Below, one piece after another: positions 1 to 9,323 of a DNA stretch of 64,000 nucleotides. Both the position numbers and the translations under genes were made by a program. Source of the stretch: Eubacterium sp. Lineage in GTDB: Bacteria; Bacillota; Clostridia; Eubacteriales; Eubacteriaceae. Positions within the stretch are counted from its first letter, which is position 1, and each line of letters starts with the position of its first letter. The notes below the pieces were generated by a model that saw only the letters and a program-made list of their open reading frames with translations, did no database searches and had not been told where the DNA came from. The stretch covers positions 27 to 64,026 of the forward strand of contig JAVXTS010000005.1 in NCBI GenBank assembly GCA_036642535.1, written 5' to 3'.

Positions 1-44
1 TACCGGGCATTTTTATGCCCAAAAACTTAAAGGAGGGCGTAAAA

Positions 45-1133
45 ATGCCAAGCAAACACAGGACTGTGCTAACAATTGGACACAATCCAATCACAGGAAA
101 AGCGATCACTAAAAACTTTTGTGGGAATACTAAGAAAGAAGTTCAGTCAAAAATAGACAAGTATAAGTTAGAAGCCTCAACAGGGATTAGGCAAGATGGG
201 AATATTGTAAACTTTAGCACGTGGGCATGGGAATGGTTAGCGACTTATAAGGAGCACTCAATCAGCGATTCAGGATATAACAGCTATTCATTATGCATCA
301 ACCATCTAAATGAATACTTTGGGAATCAACCTCTCAACCTCATTCGCCCTATTGATATGCAAAAGTTTTTTAAATCTAAGCAGCATCTATCACAATCCAT
401 GGTTAGCAAATTAAGGATTACAGCTAACAGCATTTTTGAAACAGCTATTGAAAATGATCTCTGTTTCAAAAATCCCCTACGTAATCTACCGACACCTAAA
501 GGAATAGCACCTAAAACAAAGCACATTTATACCGCAAATCAAGCTACAACGGTGGTTAATTTTGCCAAGACACATGAATATGGTCTGGGTGTGTTTATCC
601 TCTTAAAAACAGGATTAAGGCGTGGAGAACTAATGGGATTAATACCCTCAGAAGATTTTGACCTTGATGCAAAACGTCTTTACGTTCGCAGATCCATTAC
701 AGATGTGCAAGGAAAAGTTAGTGTTAATATCGGTGGTAAATCAAAAAATGCTGTCCGAACGATACCCCTTGATGAAGAAACCGTTGATTTTTTAAAACAT
801 GACATCCGTACGCACCAATCAGGATATCTTTTTAAAAATAGAAATGGGCGGTATATGAGTCCTAAAAGTTGGGCGGTTAATCGCTATACTAAGTTTACAG
901 AAGATCTTTTGAGGGATCACCCTGATTTACCAAAACTGACACCTCATGAACTTAGGCATACGTATGGCACCCTTTTATATAAATCGGGGCTATCAATTCG
1001 AAACATTCAGAAAATAATGGGTCATGCGGATATAAGCACAACAATGCAAATTTATGTCCATGATGATATCGAAGATATCGAAAAGGACTTTAGCCAATTA
1101 TCTATCGGGTGCGACTACGGGTGTGAGTGCTAA
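45..1133 (+). CDS. Tyrosine recombinase / phage- or ICE-type integrase
   Basis: Catalytic motifs GLRRGEL, HELRHT and MGHADISTTMQIYVH; N-terminal arm-binding-like region; RBS AAGGAGGG before ATG at 45; ends about 100 bp from a tRNA 3' end. Confidence 0.93.
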   Translation: MPSKHRTVLTIGHNPITGKAITKNFCGNTKKEVQSKIDKYKLEASTGIRQDGNIVNFSTWAWEWLATYKEHSISDSGYNSYSLCINHLNEYFGNQPLNLIRPIDMQKFFKSKQHLSQSMVSKLRITANSIFETAIENDLCFKNPLRNLPTPKGIAPKTKHIYTANQATTVVNFAKTHEYGLGVFILLKTGLRRGELMGLIPSEDFDLDAKRLYVRRSITDVQGKVSVNIGGKSKNAVRTIPLDEETVDFLKHDIRTHQSGYLFKNRNGRYMSPKSWAVNRYTKFTEDLLRDHPDLPKLTPHELRHTYGTLLYKSGLSIRNIQKIMGHADISTTMQIYVHDDIEDIEKDFSQLSIGCDYGCEC

Positions 1134-1182
1134 CCTCATTTAGCCTCTTCTTACGTCATTTGAGCTTTTTAAATAAGTATTC

Positions 1183-1214
1183 AAAAAATAAAAAAACCGC
1201 TTAGTTTAGCGGTT
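1183..1214 (-). terminator. Intrinsic terminator downstream of tRNA-Lys
   Basis: Stem AACCGCT/AGCGGTT at 1195-1214, followed by a T-rich run on the minus strand. Confidence 0.55.
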
Positions 1215-1230
1215 ATCGGGCTTTTTTTAA

Positions 1231-1307
1231 TGGTGGGCCATCGGGGACTCGAACCCCGGACACCCTGATTAAGAGTCAGGTGCTCTAGCCAACTGAGCTA
1301 ATGGCCC
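1231..1307 (-). tRNA. tRNA-Lys (anticodon CTT)
   Basis: Minus strand reads GGGCCATTAGCTCAGTTGGCTAGAGCA-CCTGA-CTCTTAA-TCAGG-GTGTCCGGGGTTCGAGTCCCCG-ATGGCCC-ACCA; complete cloverleaf with encoded CCA. Confidence 0.97.
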
Positions 1308-1340
1308 ATAAAATGCACCTCAAATTTAAGGTACTTGTAT

Positions 1341-1369
1341 ATTATAGCGATATCGATAAAAGAATGCAA
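1341..1369 (-). promoter_or_regulatory. Sigma-A promoter of tRNA-Lys
   Basis: TTGCAT-N17-TATAAT on the minus strand. Confidence 0.75.
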
Positions 1370-1473
1370 GTATTATTTTATCTTTTTAACAAAAATCGCA
1401 CTTTCCCCTCAAAATCAAACTTTTAAAAGCTTCTTCTGAGTGAAAATGCGATATTCCTTATTAAAATGTAAGA

Positions 1474-2907
1474 TTAAACTTTCAAATCCACATTTTTCAT
1501 ATCTAGTAAATCTTTATTTGCTTCTAAAACAGGGCGTACTTCATCTTCAATAAAATCAACTACTTGCTGTGGCGCACGGCCAATATAAAGGGTCGGATCT
1601 AAAATTGATTCGATATTTTCTTCTTTTATACCAAAAGTTCCGTCCGAGACAATACGCTCGATAAGATCATTTGGCTTTCCTTCAACTTTAACTGTTGCCC
1701 CGGCTTCCATTGATAGAATTCGGATTTTTTCATGAAGATCTTGACGGTCACCGCCATTTTTAACCCCTTCCATTATAATATTTTCTGTTGCCATAAAAGG
1801 TAATTCATTCATAATATGTTGATGGATAACTTTTGGATAAACAACTAAATTTTCTGAAATATTAATAGCAATAGCAATAATCGAATCCGCCGCTAGAAAA
1901 GCCTCCGGTATTGAAATACGCTTATTAGCAGAATCATCCAATGTCCGTTCAAACCACTGTGTTGCTGCTGTAATGGCCGGATTTAAAGAATCTACAATGA
2001 TATAGCGTGCTAATGAACAAATACGTTCCGAACGCATGGGGTTTCTTTTATATGCCATAGCAGATGAACCAATTTGCGTCTTTTCAAAAGGTTCTTCCAC
2101 TTCTTTTAAATGTTGTAGTAAACGAATATCCGTTGCAAACTTACTTAAACTTTGAGCAATACCACTCAAAACAGAGAGCACCTGAGCATCAAATTTTCTT
2201 GGATAAGTTTGCCCTGTAACGCCATAGGTTGTTTTAAATCCCATTTTTTCAGCGACTAAACAATCAATTCTTTTCACTTTTTCTTGATCATTTTCAAATA
2301 ATTCCATAAAGCTTGCCTGCGTTCCAGTTGTTCCTTTAGCACCACGAAGCTTAACAATACTTATTAAATGATCCAGATCTTCTAAATCAATCATTAAATC
2401 CTGAATCCAGAGACTAGCACGTTTTCCAACAGTGGTTAACTGAGCCGGCTGAAAATGTGTAAATCCCAAAGTTGGTAAATCTTTATATTTAAGGGCAAAA
2501 TCAGTTAAACGATCAATGAGGTTTAACAAATATTTACGAATATAAACTAAGCCTTCAGTATAGGTAATAATATCCGTATTATCCCCCACATAAGCACTCG
2601 TTGCTCCTAAATGAATAATTCCTTTTGCTTTTGGACATTGTTCTCCATAAGTATGAACGTGTGCCATTACATCATGACGTAAAATTTTTTCCTCTTTTGC
2701 CGCTAGTTCATAATCAATATCATAAATTTTCGACTTCAATTCTTCAATCTGTTCATCAGTAATTGGAAGTCCTAGCTCTTTTTCAGCTTCTGCTAATGCT
2801 ACCCATAGTTTTCGCCATGTGGAAAACTTATTGTCAGAAGAAAAAATACGACTGATTTCTTTCGATGCATAACGTTCAATTAACGGACTTTCATAAAATT
2901 CTTTCAT
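1474..2907 (-). CDS. purB: Adenylosuccinate lyase
   Basis: Signature [11 protein letters not shown], plus RHDVMAH and [11 protein letters not shown]. Confidence 0.96.
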   Translation of the reverse strand: MKEFYESPLIERYASKEISRIFSSDNKFSTWRKLWVALAEAEKELGLPITDEQIEELKSKIYDIDYELAAKEEKILRHDVMAHVHTYGEQCPKAKGIIHLGATSAYVGDNTDIITYTEGLVYIRKYLLNLIDRLTDFALKYKDLPTLGFTHFQPAQLTTVGKRASLWIQDLMIDLEDLDHLISIVKLRGAKGTTGTQASFMELFENDQEKVKRIDCLVAEKMGFKTTYGVTGQTYPRKFDAQVLSVLSGIAQSLSKFATDIRLLQHLKEVEEPFEKTQIGSSAMAYKRNPMRSERICSLARYIIVDSLNPAITAATQWFERTLDDSANKRISIPEAFLAADSIIAIAINISENLVVYPKVIHQHIMNELPFMATENIIMEGVKNGGDRQDLHEKIRILSMEAGATVKVEGKPNDLIERIVSDGTFGIKEENIESILDPTLYIGRAPQQVVDFIEDEVRPVLEANKDLLDMKNVDLKV

Positions 2908-2984
2908 GTAAAACCTCTTTCATATTATCTTTATCTCTTTAATTCAAAAATACCTCAATTCGGTCAAAACTGTCTTCGATTTTT

Positions 2985-3221
2985 CAATCGACGTTGCACA
3001 TAAAAAATGAATACACCCTTTTACACCAAAAATTTCTTCCGATATGGTCGCTATTTTTTTGATGTTAGTAATAAAAACTCCTATTCCGACTAAACCATAT
3101 ATTTATTATCCTCGATAATCCGGCTGATGTCTACAAAAATATGGCGATAACAATACTGAAATTGCGAAAGCTTATCAAGGTGTATCGTCATCGCAAATAT
3201 ACTTTGTGTAAAATCAGATTG
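2985..3221 (+). other. Long imperfect rod-like hairpin (candidate ncRNA or degenerate palindromic repeat)
   Basis: Seven nested helices found by eye, several needing G-U pairs on the + strand (see findings). Confidence 0.35.
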
Positions 3222-3333
3222 CCTATTTCTAAATGAATAACCCGCTCTCCTTTATTTTTAGCTTTTTCATCCAAAATAAGTGTCTATAAATCGCTATAAT
3301 TCATAACTTTTTCTAAAAATTCGATCTTTTATT

Positions 3334-4119
3334 TTACTTCTCGTAAACTTTGTAAATTCTTTCAATACTTACAGGCTTATTAGTTTCTTCATCAATATCA
3401 ATCACAACACCATTGAGTTGATAAGGCCATTCTTTTTCAATAATAAATCGTTCCGGACGTTTAGTTAGCATGTTATTGATAATAATTTCTTTTTCAACAC
3501 CCAAAACTCCATTTAAAGGACCGGTCATTCCTAAATCAGTAATGTAAGCTGTTCCTTTGGGTAATAGTCGATTATCAGCTGTTTGTACATGAGTATGTGT
3601 CCCCACAACGACAGAGGCTTTACCATCCAAATAGTAGCCAAAAGCGATTTTTTCTGATGTTGCTTCTGCATGGAAATCAATAATTAAAAGATCATATTTT
3701 CCTTCTATTTCCGGATAAATCCGATCAAAAAGAAGAAAAGGCGAATCCAGTTCAGGCATAAAAATTTGTCCTGACAGATTCATGACACAAATTCTTTTAT
3801 TTTGCCATTCAAAAAAATCATATCCTTTTCCGGGACAAGGTTCGGGATAATTAAGAGGTCGTATTATTTTTGGAAAATTTTCAATATAATTGACCATTTC
3901 TTTTTGATTCCAAACATGATTACCCATCGTCATAACATCAATTGGTAAATTAAATAATTCTTTCGCATTTTTTTCTGTGATTCCTTTACCACCTGAAGCA
4001 TTTTCTCCATTAACAATCGTAAAATCAATTTGATATTCTTTTATAATATTTTCAAGTTTTTCTTTCAAAAGTGTCCGTCCCGGACGGCTCACTACGTCAC
4101 CAATTATTAAAACTTTCAT
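3334..4119 (-). CDS. ymdB: YmdB-family metallophosphoesterase (cyclic phosphodiesterase)
   Basis: Motifs IGDVV, NGEN, TMGNH, DFHAEATSEK, GTHTHVQTAD and TDLGMTG; lies downstream of rny. Confidence 0.92.
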   Translation of the reverse strand: MKVLIIGDVVSRPGRTLLKEKLENIIKEYQIDFTIVNGENASGGKGITEKNAKELFNLPIDVMTMGNHVWNQKEMVNYIENFPKIIRPLNYPEPCPGKGYDFFEWQNKRICVMNLSGQIFMPELDSPFLLFDRIYPEIEGKYDLLIIDFHAEATSEKIAFGYYLDGKASVVVGTHTHVQTADNRLLPKGTAYITDLGMTGPLNGVLGVEKEIIINNMLTKRPERFIIEKEWPYQLNGVVIDIDEETNKPVSIERIYKVYEK

Positions 4120-4142
4120 TTTACTCTCCATTTTATTTAAAG

Positions 4143-4176
4143 AAAAAGGGAAGGGATCAGGTCCCTTCCCTTTTTT
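4143..4176 (-). terminator. Terminator-like hairpin between rny and ymdB
   Basis: AAAAAGGGAAGGGA-N5-TCCCTTCCCTTTTTT. Confidence 0.65.
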
Positions 4177-4194
4177 ACTTAGCCTATTCTATTT

Positions 4195-5742
4195 TTACTT
4201 AGCATATTCTACAACTCGTGTTTCCCTAATAACATTGACCTTAATATTACCCGGATATTCCATTTCTTCTTCTATTTTCTTAGCAATATCACGAGACAGC
4301 ATCAACATACCTTCATCATTAACAGAATCCGGTTTAACCATAATACGTACTTCTCTCCCTGCTTGAATAGCATAGGATTTTTCAACGCCATCAAAAGATG
4401 TTGCGATTTTTTCAAGTTCTTCTAAACGCTGTACATAAGAAACAAGGGTTTCACGTCTTGCTCCCGGTCTTGCCGCTGAAATGGCATCAGCCGCTTGAAT
4501 CAGTACCGCTTCTATGGTTGTCGCTTCAACATCACCATGATGTGCTTCCACTGCATGAATAACATTTTTATTTTCTTTGTATTTCTTCAGTACATTTACA
4601 CCAATTTCAACATGATTTCCTTCAACTTCATGGTCAATAGCTTTACCAATATCATGCAATAAACCGGCTCTTTTTGCTATTTTTACGTTAGCATCTAATT
4701 CTGCAGCCATAATTCCTGCAAGATGTGCTACTTCAATAGCATGTTTTAAAACATTTTGTCCATAACTTGTTCGATATTTCAAACGTCCCAATAATTTAAC
4801 GATTTCTGGATGTAATCCATGAATTCCTGTATCAAAACAGGCTTGTTCTCCAACTTCTTTGATTTGAGCATCCATTTCTTTTTGAGATTTTTTTACAATC
4901 TCTTCAATTCTAGCTGGGTGAATTCTTCCGTCAATAATTAACTTTTCCAAAGATAAACGTGCTATTTCGCGTCTAATAGGATCAAAACCTGAGAGAATAA
5001 CAGCTTCCGGTGTGTCATCAATGATTAAATCGATACCCGTTAAAGTTTCCAATGTACGAATATTACGACCTTCACGACCAATGATACGACCCTTCATTTC
5101 ATCATTTGGCAAATTAACGACCGTAATGGTGTTTTCAGCCACATGATCTGCTGCACAACGTTGAATTGACTGTGCAATAAGCTCTTTTGCTTTTTTATCG
5201 GCTACCGCTTTTGATTCGGCTTCAATCTGACGAATCATTATCTCTGCGTCTGCACGTGTTTCTTTTGCAACATCTTCCAATAAAATCTGTTTGGCTTCTT
5301 CAAAGGTTAATCCTGAAATTTTTTCAAGTTCTTTTACTTGTTCATTGTAGAGGCCATCCAATTTTTCTTGTTTTACCTCAAGATCTTTATTCTTTTTTTC
5401 AAGCTTTTCTTCATTACGTTCAAGATTCATGGTTTTTTTATCCAGATTTTCTTCTTTCTGAACAAGACGATTTTCCATTTTCTGTAACTCAGAACGTCTT
5501 TCACGATTATCCTTCTCAATGGTTTCTTTTAGCGCCAAAGATTCTTCCTTTGCGCTGAAAAGCATTTCCTTCTTTAGTGTCTCTCCCTCTTTAACCGCGT
5601 CATTTACGATCTTATTTGCTGTTTCTTCAGCGTTATTCATCTTGCCTTCAGCAACGTTTTTTCTCATAAAATAGCCAACTATAAAAGCTAACACTATTCC
5701 TACAATTATACCAATTATTAATAATAAGTTAATGATTTTCAC
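4195..5742 (-). CDS. rny: Ribonuclease Y
   Basis: N-terminal TM helix, coiled coil, KH motif ([13 protein letters not shown]) and HD motif (LLHDIGK). The true start may be ATT at 5733. Confidence 0.97.
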   Translation of the reverse strand: MKIINLLLIIGIIVGIVLAFIVGYFMRKNVAEGKMNNAEETANKIVNDAVKEGETLKKEMLFSAKEESLALKETIEKDNRERRSELQKMENRLVQKEENLDKKTMNLERNEEKLEKKNKDLEVKQEKLDGLYNEQVKELEKISGLTFEEAKQILLEDVAKETRADAEIMIRQIEAESKAVADKKAKELIAQSIQRCAADHVAENTITVVNLPNDEMKGRIIGREGRNIRTLETLTGIDLIIDDTPEAVILSGFDPIRREIARLSLEKLIIDGRIHPARIEEIVKKSQKEMDAQIKEVGEQACFDTGIHGLHPEIVKLLGRLKYRTSYGQNVLKHAIEVAHLAGIMAAELDANVKIAKRAGLLHDIGKAIDHEVEGNHVEIGVNVLKKYKENKNVIHAVEAHHGDVEATTIEAVLIQAADAISAARPGARRETLVSYVQRLEELEKIATSFDGVEKSYAIQAGREVRIMVKPDSVNDEGMLMLSRDIAKKIEEEMEYPGNIKVNVIRETRVVEYAK

Positions 5743-5799
5743 CTCCTAATGTGATTCTCTTTTTTATGATTATTTTCTTAGATACTCATTATCATCTCT

Positions 5800-5828
5800 A
5801 TTTTATACTTTTTTAAAAATAGTGTCAA
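5800..5828 (-). promoter_or_regulatory. Sigma-A promoter of rny
   Basis: TTGACA-N17-TAAAAT. Confidence 0.7.
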
Positions 5829-5882
5829 GAATCAAAGGCCTCTAAAGCCTTTTTAATTTGCGCCTTAAGACCATCTTAATCT

Positions 5883-7055
5883 TTACACGTAAATAATATT
5901 GACTGATTTGTTCAATTGTTGCAATAATTTAATTAAACGCTGTGTTATTTTCCATTTTGAACTTAATGCATCCGGAAAATCCGGATTCTGATGTGCCGGA
6001 TTAATTGAATTACCTAAAACAAAATCAATATGCGTACAATGATTCATTAAAAGATTTGCTAATATAGACGCACCATTATTATCTTCAAAAATTTCCTGAC
6101 CTTTTCGTTTATCTAGATAATCTTCAATAAGATTAACAGTTTCCTGAATAGTAAGTACGCCTTCTGTTATTAAATCGACTGATTGCATTGTTCCGATCGG
6201 TGGTACTTTTTCTGACATCGTACTAAGTTTTATCTTTATTTCTTCACCATATTCTCGGGCTACAATATTACTGGCTGTTCCACCACAAACAACCGTTTTG
6301 CCTTTAGCTTCATCAAGAATTCTTTTAATCAATTGATCTTTCGTCCGATCGATAGGTGGTCCCGAAAAAAGAGTGACATATTGATGTACTTCTACTCTCA
6401 TCACTACAATAGTCGTGTCATCTCCCGGTTCACCACCATATAAATTATTACAGGTTTCAATCATCTTTAAAGATATATCCTTTGGCGTAATCATTTTTTC
6501 ATCATAAGTACGCGCTAATAGATAATCTGCTGCATCTTCCCATTGCCATCCAAAATTAAGAATTGAGCCTACACCGGCATGAATGACACCGTCGCTAAAA
6601 AAGCCAAGTGTATCATTCTCTTCAAGTTTCATTGTTGTTTCATAAATTTGTTTACCTTGAAATTCAACAGATCGCCGTTCTAATTCCAAAATTTCACCAT
6701 CACGAATATAAACGAGTGGTGGGTTATCAAATTCTATAATATAGACACGTCTAATTTTGAAAAAAATCTGTACAATCGTAAATGTAGAATACGCTAGTTT
6801 GCGAACCTGACAAACGGGTAACGTAGCTTCTAACGTTTCAACCACATCTTTAATCGACATTTTATCTTCAAGCATCGTTGCCGTAATCGTTGAAGTCATC
6901 GTTGCCAGAATATTAGCTTTAACACCACTTCCAAGACCGTCCGCTAAAACGACAATCACACTTTCATCATTTATCCGAACCTCTACATTATCACCACATA
7001 ATTCCTGATTATGCTTATTAATACTATCATGGGCGATATCAACAAAAAAAGCCAT
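5883..7055 (-). CDS. SpoIIE/PP2C-family Ser/Thr phosphatase (HfsC-like)
   Basis: Motifs CGD, ADGLGSG, FSDG and DDTT; directly after the sensory hydrogenase gene. Confidence 0.88.
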   Translation of the reverse strand: MAFFVDIAHDSINKHNQELCGDNVEVRINDESVIVVLADGLGSGVKANILATMTSTITATMLEDKMSIKDVVETLEATLPVCQVRKLAYSTFTIVQIFFKIRRVYIIEFDNPPLVYIRDGEILELERRSVEFQGKQIYETTMKLEENDTLGFFSDGVIHAGVGSILNFGWQWEDAADYLLARTYDEKMITPKDISLKMIETCNNLYGGEPGDDTTIVVMRVEVHQYVTLFSGPPIDRTKDQLIKRILDEAKGKTVVCGGTASNIVAREYGEEIKIKLSTMSEKVPPIGTMQSVDLITEGVLTIQETVNLIEDYLDKRKGQEIFEDNNGASILANLLMNHCTHIDFVLGNSINPAHQNPDFPDALSSKWKITQRLIKLLQQLNKSVNIIYV

Positions 7056-8750
7056 TTATTCTTCCTCTCCCGTTCCTACAATTTTTTGTAGCCGTGTCAG
7101 CGTTACTTTGGTCTCTGCTGTCGTTTCCCCCAACAATTCTGCAATCTCATGGGCAACTCTCATTTGTTTGTCAATAACTTTCTGCGCCATTTCCAACGTT
7201 TCAACTTGCATTTTTCGATAAGCTTTTTCCTTTTTTATATCTCGAGAAATATCAATGAAAATACCCATATACATTTCTTGTCCTGGTATATACGTTAAAA
7301 TTTCCATAAAATGAATATTCCCACCACTGTATAATCCTCTTCCGGTATAACTATTGCCTTCAATATTTTTTAACTTTTTAAAAGGATTATAATCAAAAAC
7401 TTCTACAAAGTTTTGATTTAATATATCGTCCTTCGCCTTTTTAAATAACTTTTCCGCTGCCGTATTAAAATCTAAAACACGATAGTCTTTATCTAAAACT
7501 GCAATGGCATTTGGTGTTGATGAAATAATCAAATTAGAGATTGCTTCATTTCGGTTACGCATAAATGGAAGACACATATCAAGTTCTGCCATACCACAAT
7601 ACACTGCCGCCGCTTTTTCACGACAACTATCATATCCACAAGTTCCGCAATTTAATTCATCTTTTGTTGAAAATTTTCCTGTCTGTCTCAAAATTTCTTC
7701 AATAGCTTCCTGTGGCACCTCTCCAAACATATTTTTTTCCTGAGCAATAAAAGAACGTTGCATACCCGTTTGAATCTTAATTTTATCCATTTTCTTACGT
7801 TGCGTATTTTTAATATAATTTTCTACTCTTTCAATTTTTTCATATTTGACAAGTTCACTGTGCGTATTTCCCGGCCCATTAATACAACCTTCTACGCAAG
7901 TATTCATTTCAACCCAGTAACGTCCATCTAAATAGCCCAAATGATTCAAAAAATCTTGGCAATTGACAAGACCATCAATTTTTAAAATTTTTCGATCCCC
8001 TGAAACGGTCTCTACGCTACTTTTAGCTATTCCACCCGCCAAAGGATAAAAACGAGCAACATCACAACTTTTTGAATCAAATTCATCAATTGGTGAGTAA
8101 GCTAAATCTATTCCTGATTCTCTAAACCACATATCAAGTTCATCAAATGTTAAAACGCCATCAATAATATCTTTAAAATCTTCAGCTTCTATTTTTTTAG
8201 AAATACAAGGCCCCGCAAAAATAATATGCGCATCCGGATATTTTTCTTTCAAAATTTTTCCATGTGCCACCATCGGCGACACCGCAGTGCTGAGATACTG
8301 CACCGCATTGGGATAGTATTTTTCAACCATCATATTAATCGTTGGACAAGATGTTGTAATCACATATTTCTGATCACTATAATAATCCCTTTCATAGATT
8401 TGTGAAACATATTCAGCACCAATGGCCGTTTCTTCTATCACTGAAAATCCTAAACTTCGTAATCCTCCAAGGATCTGCAAAGGATTTTTTAATCGAAACG
8501 CAGCTGGAAATGACGGTGCTAAACTCAATACCACTTGATCATTTTTTATCCATTGTTTTATTTCTTCCACATTGTTGATAATTTTTTTTGCATTCTGTGG
8601 ACAATTTTTAAAACAGTTACCGCATCCAATACATAAATCCTCCACAATTTCTGCCTGATTATCAACTAATCGAATCGCCTTAACCGGACAATGACGAATA
8701 CATTTATAGCAATTTTTACAATTTGCTTTGGTGAAATTAATCACATTCAT
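7056..8750 (-). CDS. Group C PAS-domain sensory [FeFe]-hydrogenase (HydS/HfsB-like)
   Basis: Two N-terminal 4Fe-4S motifs, variant H-cluster motifs TTSCP / GPCISKKIE / EMNTCVEGCING, FeS motif NCGTCGYDSC and a C-terminal PAS-like region. Confidence 0.88.
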   Translation of the reverse strand: MNVINFTKANCKNCYKCIRHCPVKAIRLVDNQAEIVEDLCIGCGNCFKNCPQNAKKIINNVEEIKQWIKNDQVVLSLAPSFPAAFRLKNPLQILGGLRSLGFSVIEETAIGAEYVSQIYERDYYSDQKYVITTSCPTINMMVEKYYPNAVQYLSTAVSPMVAHGKILKEKYPDAHIIFAGPCISKKIEAEDFKDIIDGVLTFDELDMWFRESGIDLAYSPIDEFDSKSCDVARFYPLAGGIAKSSVETVSGDRKILKIDGLVNCQDFLNHLGYLDGRYWVEMNTCVEGCINGPGNTHSELVKYEKIERVENYIKNTQRKKMDKIKIQTGMQRSFIAQEKNMFGEVPQEAIEEILRQTGKFSTKDELNCGTCGYDSCREKAAAVYCGMAELDMCLPFMRNRNEAISNLIISSTPNAIAVLDKDYRVLDFNTAAEKLFKKAKDDILNQNFVEVFDYNPFKKLKNIEGNSYTGRGLYSGGNIHFMEILTYIPGQEMYMGIFIDISRDIKKEKAYRKMQVETLEMAQKVIDKQMRVAHEIAELLGETTAETKVTLTRLQKIVGTGEEE

Positions 8751-8992
8751 TAATTACTTTCCCCCATAATTTTATCAAATAATTGTTCTACACCATCTGT
8801 TTTAACGGTGTAAATTGTATCCTCTACTTTAACGGCAACACCATCACTGCAAGCATCTAAACAAAACGTTCCCATTAGTTCTACTTCGTTCTCCAACCCT
8901 CGTTCTGCTACCAATTCTTTAAATCGTTGAACCACTTGATATGATCCTTTAACATGACAGGCGCTTCCTATACAAATATGTATTTCTTTCAT
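8750..8992 (-). CDS. Thioredoxin-like [2Fe-2S] ferredoxin (HfsA-like)
   Basis: Motifs ICIGSACHVKG and FCLDAC; overlaps the start of the HydS gene. Confidence 0.85.
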   Translation of the reverse strand: MKEIHICIGSACHVKGSYQVVQRFKELVAERGLENEVELMGTFCLDACSDGVAVKVEDTIYTVKTDGVEQLFDKIMGESN

Positions 8993-9025
8993 TCTACTCT
9001 CCTAATTTTAAAAATATATTCTCTC

Positions 9026-9054
9026 ATGGTAGCACGCTCTTTTCCTCCTGTCAA
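9026..9054 (-). promoter_or_regulatory. Promoter of the hfsABC-like operon
   Basis: TTGACA-N17-TACCAT with an extended TG. Confidence 0.6.
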
Positions 9055-9067
9055 ATGATTGAAATTC

Positions 9068-9096
9068 TTGACCTAAAGGCATTTTTCTGATAAAAT
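9068..9096 (+). promoter_or_regulatory. Promoter of the tup operon
   Basis: TTGACC-N17-TAAAAT directly upstream of the riboswitch. Confidence 0.65.
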
Positions 9097-9124
9097 GCAC
9101 TTATGGAAACCGTTTTCCATAAGA

Positions 9125-9223
9125 TTTATCCGAATTTGTTAACCTAAAGTGTTTTTCCATGGTTTTCAAATCGATAGAGTGCAGGCTGGAAACGACTGCG
9201 CTTTCCACTGTGAGAAGGATAAA
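9125..9223 (+). ncRNA. Moco/Wco (molybdenum/tungsten cofactor) riboswitch-like leader
   Basis: P1 TTTATCC/GGATAAA; elements TCCGA, CCTAA...ATGG, AGAGT-GCAG-GGAAAC-CTGC-GCTTTCC and AGAAGGA match my recollection of the Moco RNA motif; lies upstream of tupABC. Confidence 0.8.
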
Positions 9224-9323
9224 GTAGCTCTTTTTTTGTTTTGCCTAATCCTTCTATCAGATCCCTAATATGGTATAAGAGAATTTATTTCTTTTATATA
9301 TTTCTATTCTGAGGAGGAAGAAA

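Larger units (their letters stand above)
1..1230. mobile_element. Right-hand end of a prophage or integrative element inserted at tRNA-Lys
   Basis: Integrase converging on the CCA end of a tRNA gene. The rest of the element lies outside the window. Confidence 0.75.

Noticed and set aside
3090-3191. 33-codon minus-strand ORF (MTIHLDK...) upstream of purB
   Set aside because: No properly spaced RBS and no recognisable similarity; it is not SpoVS-like.
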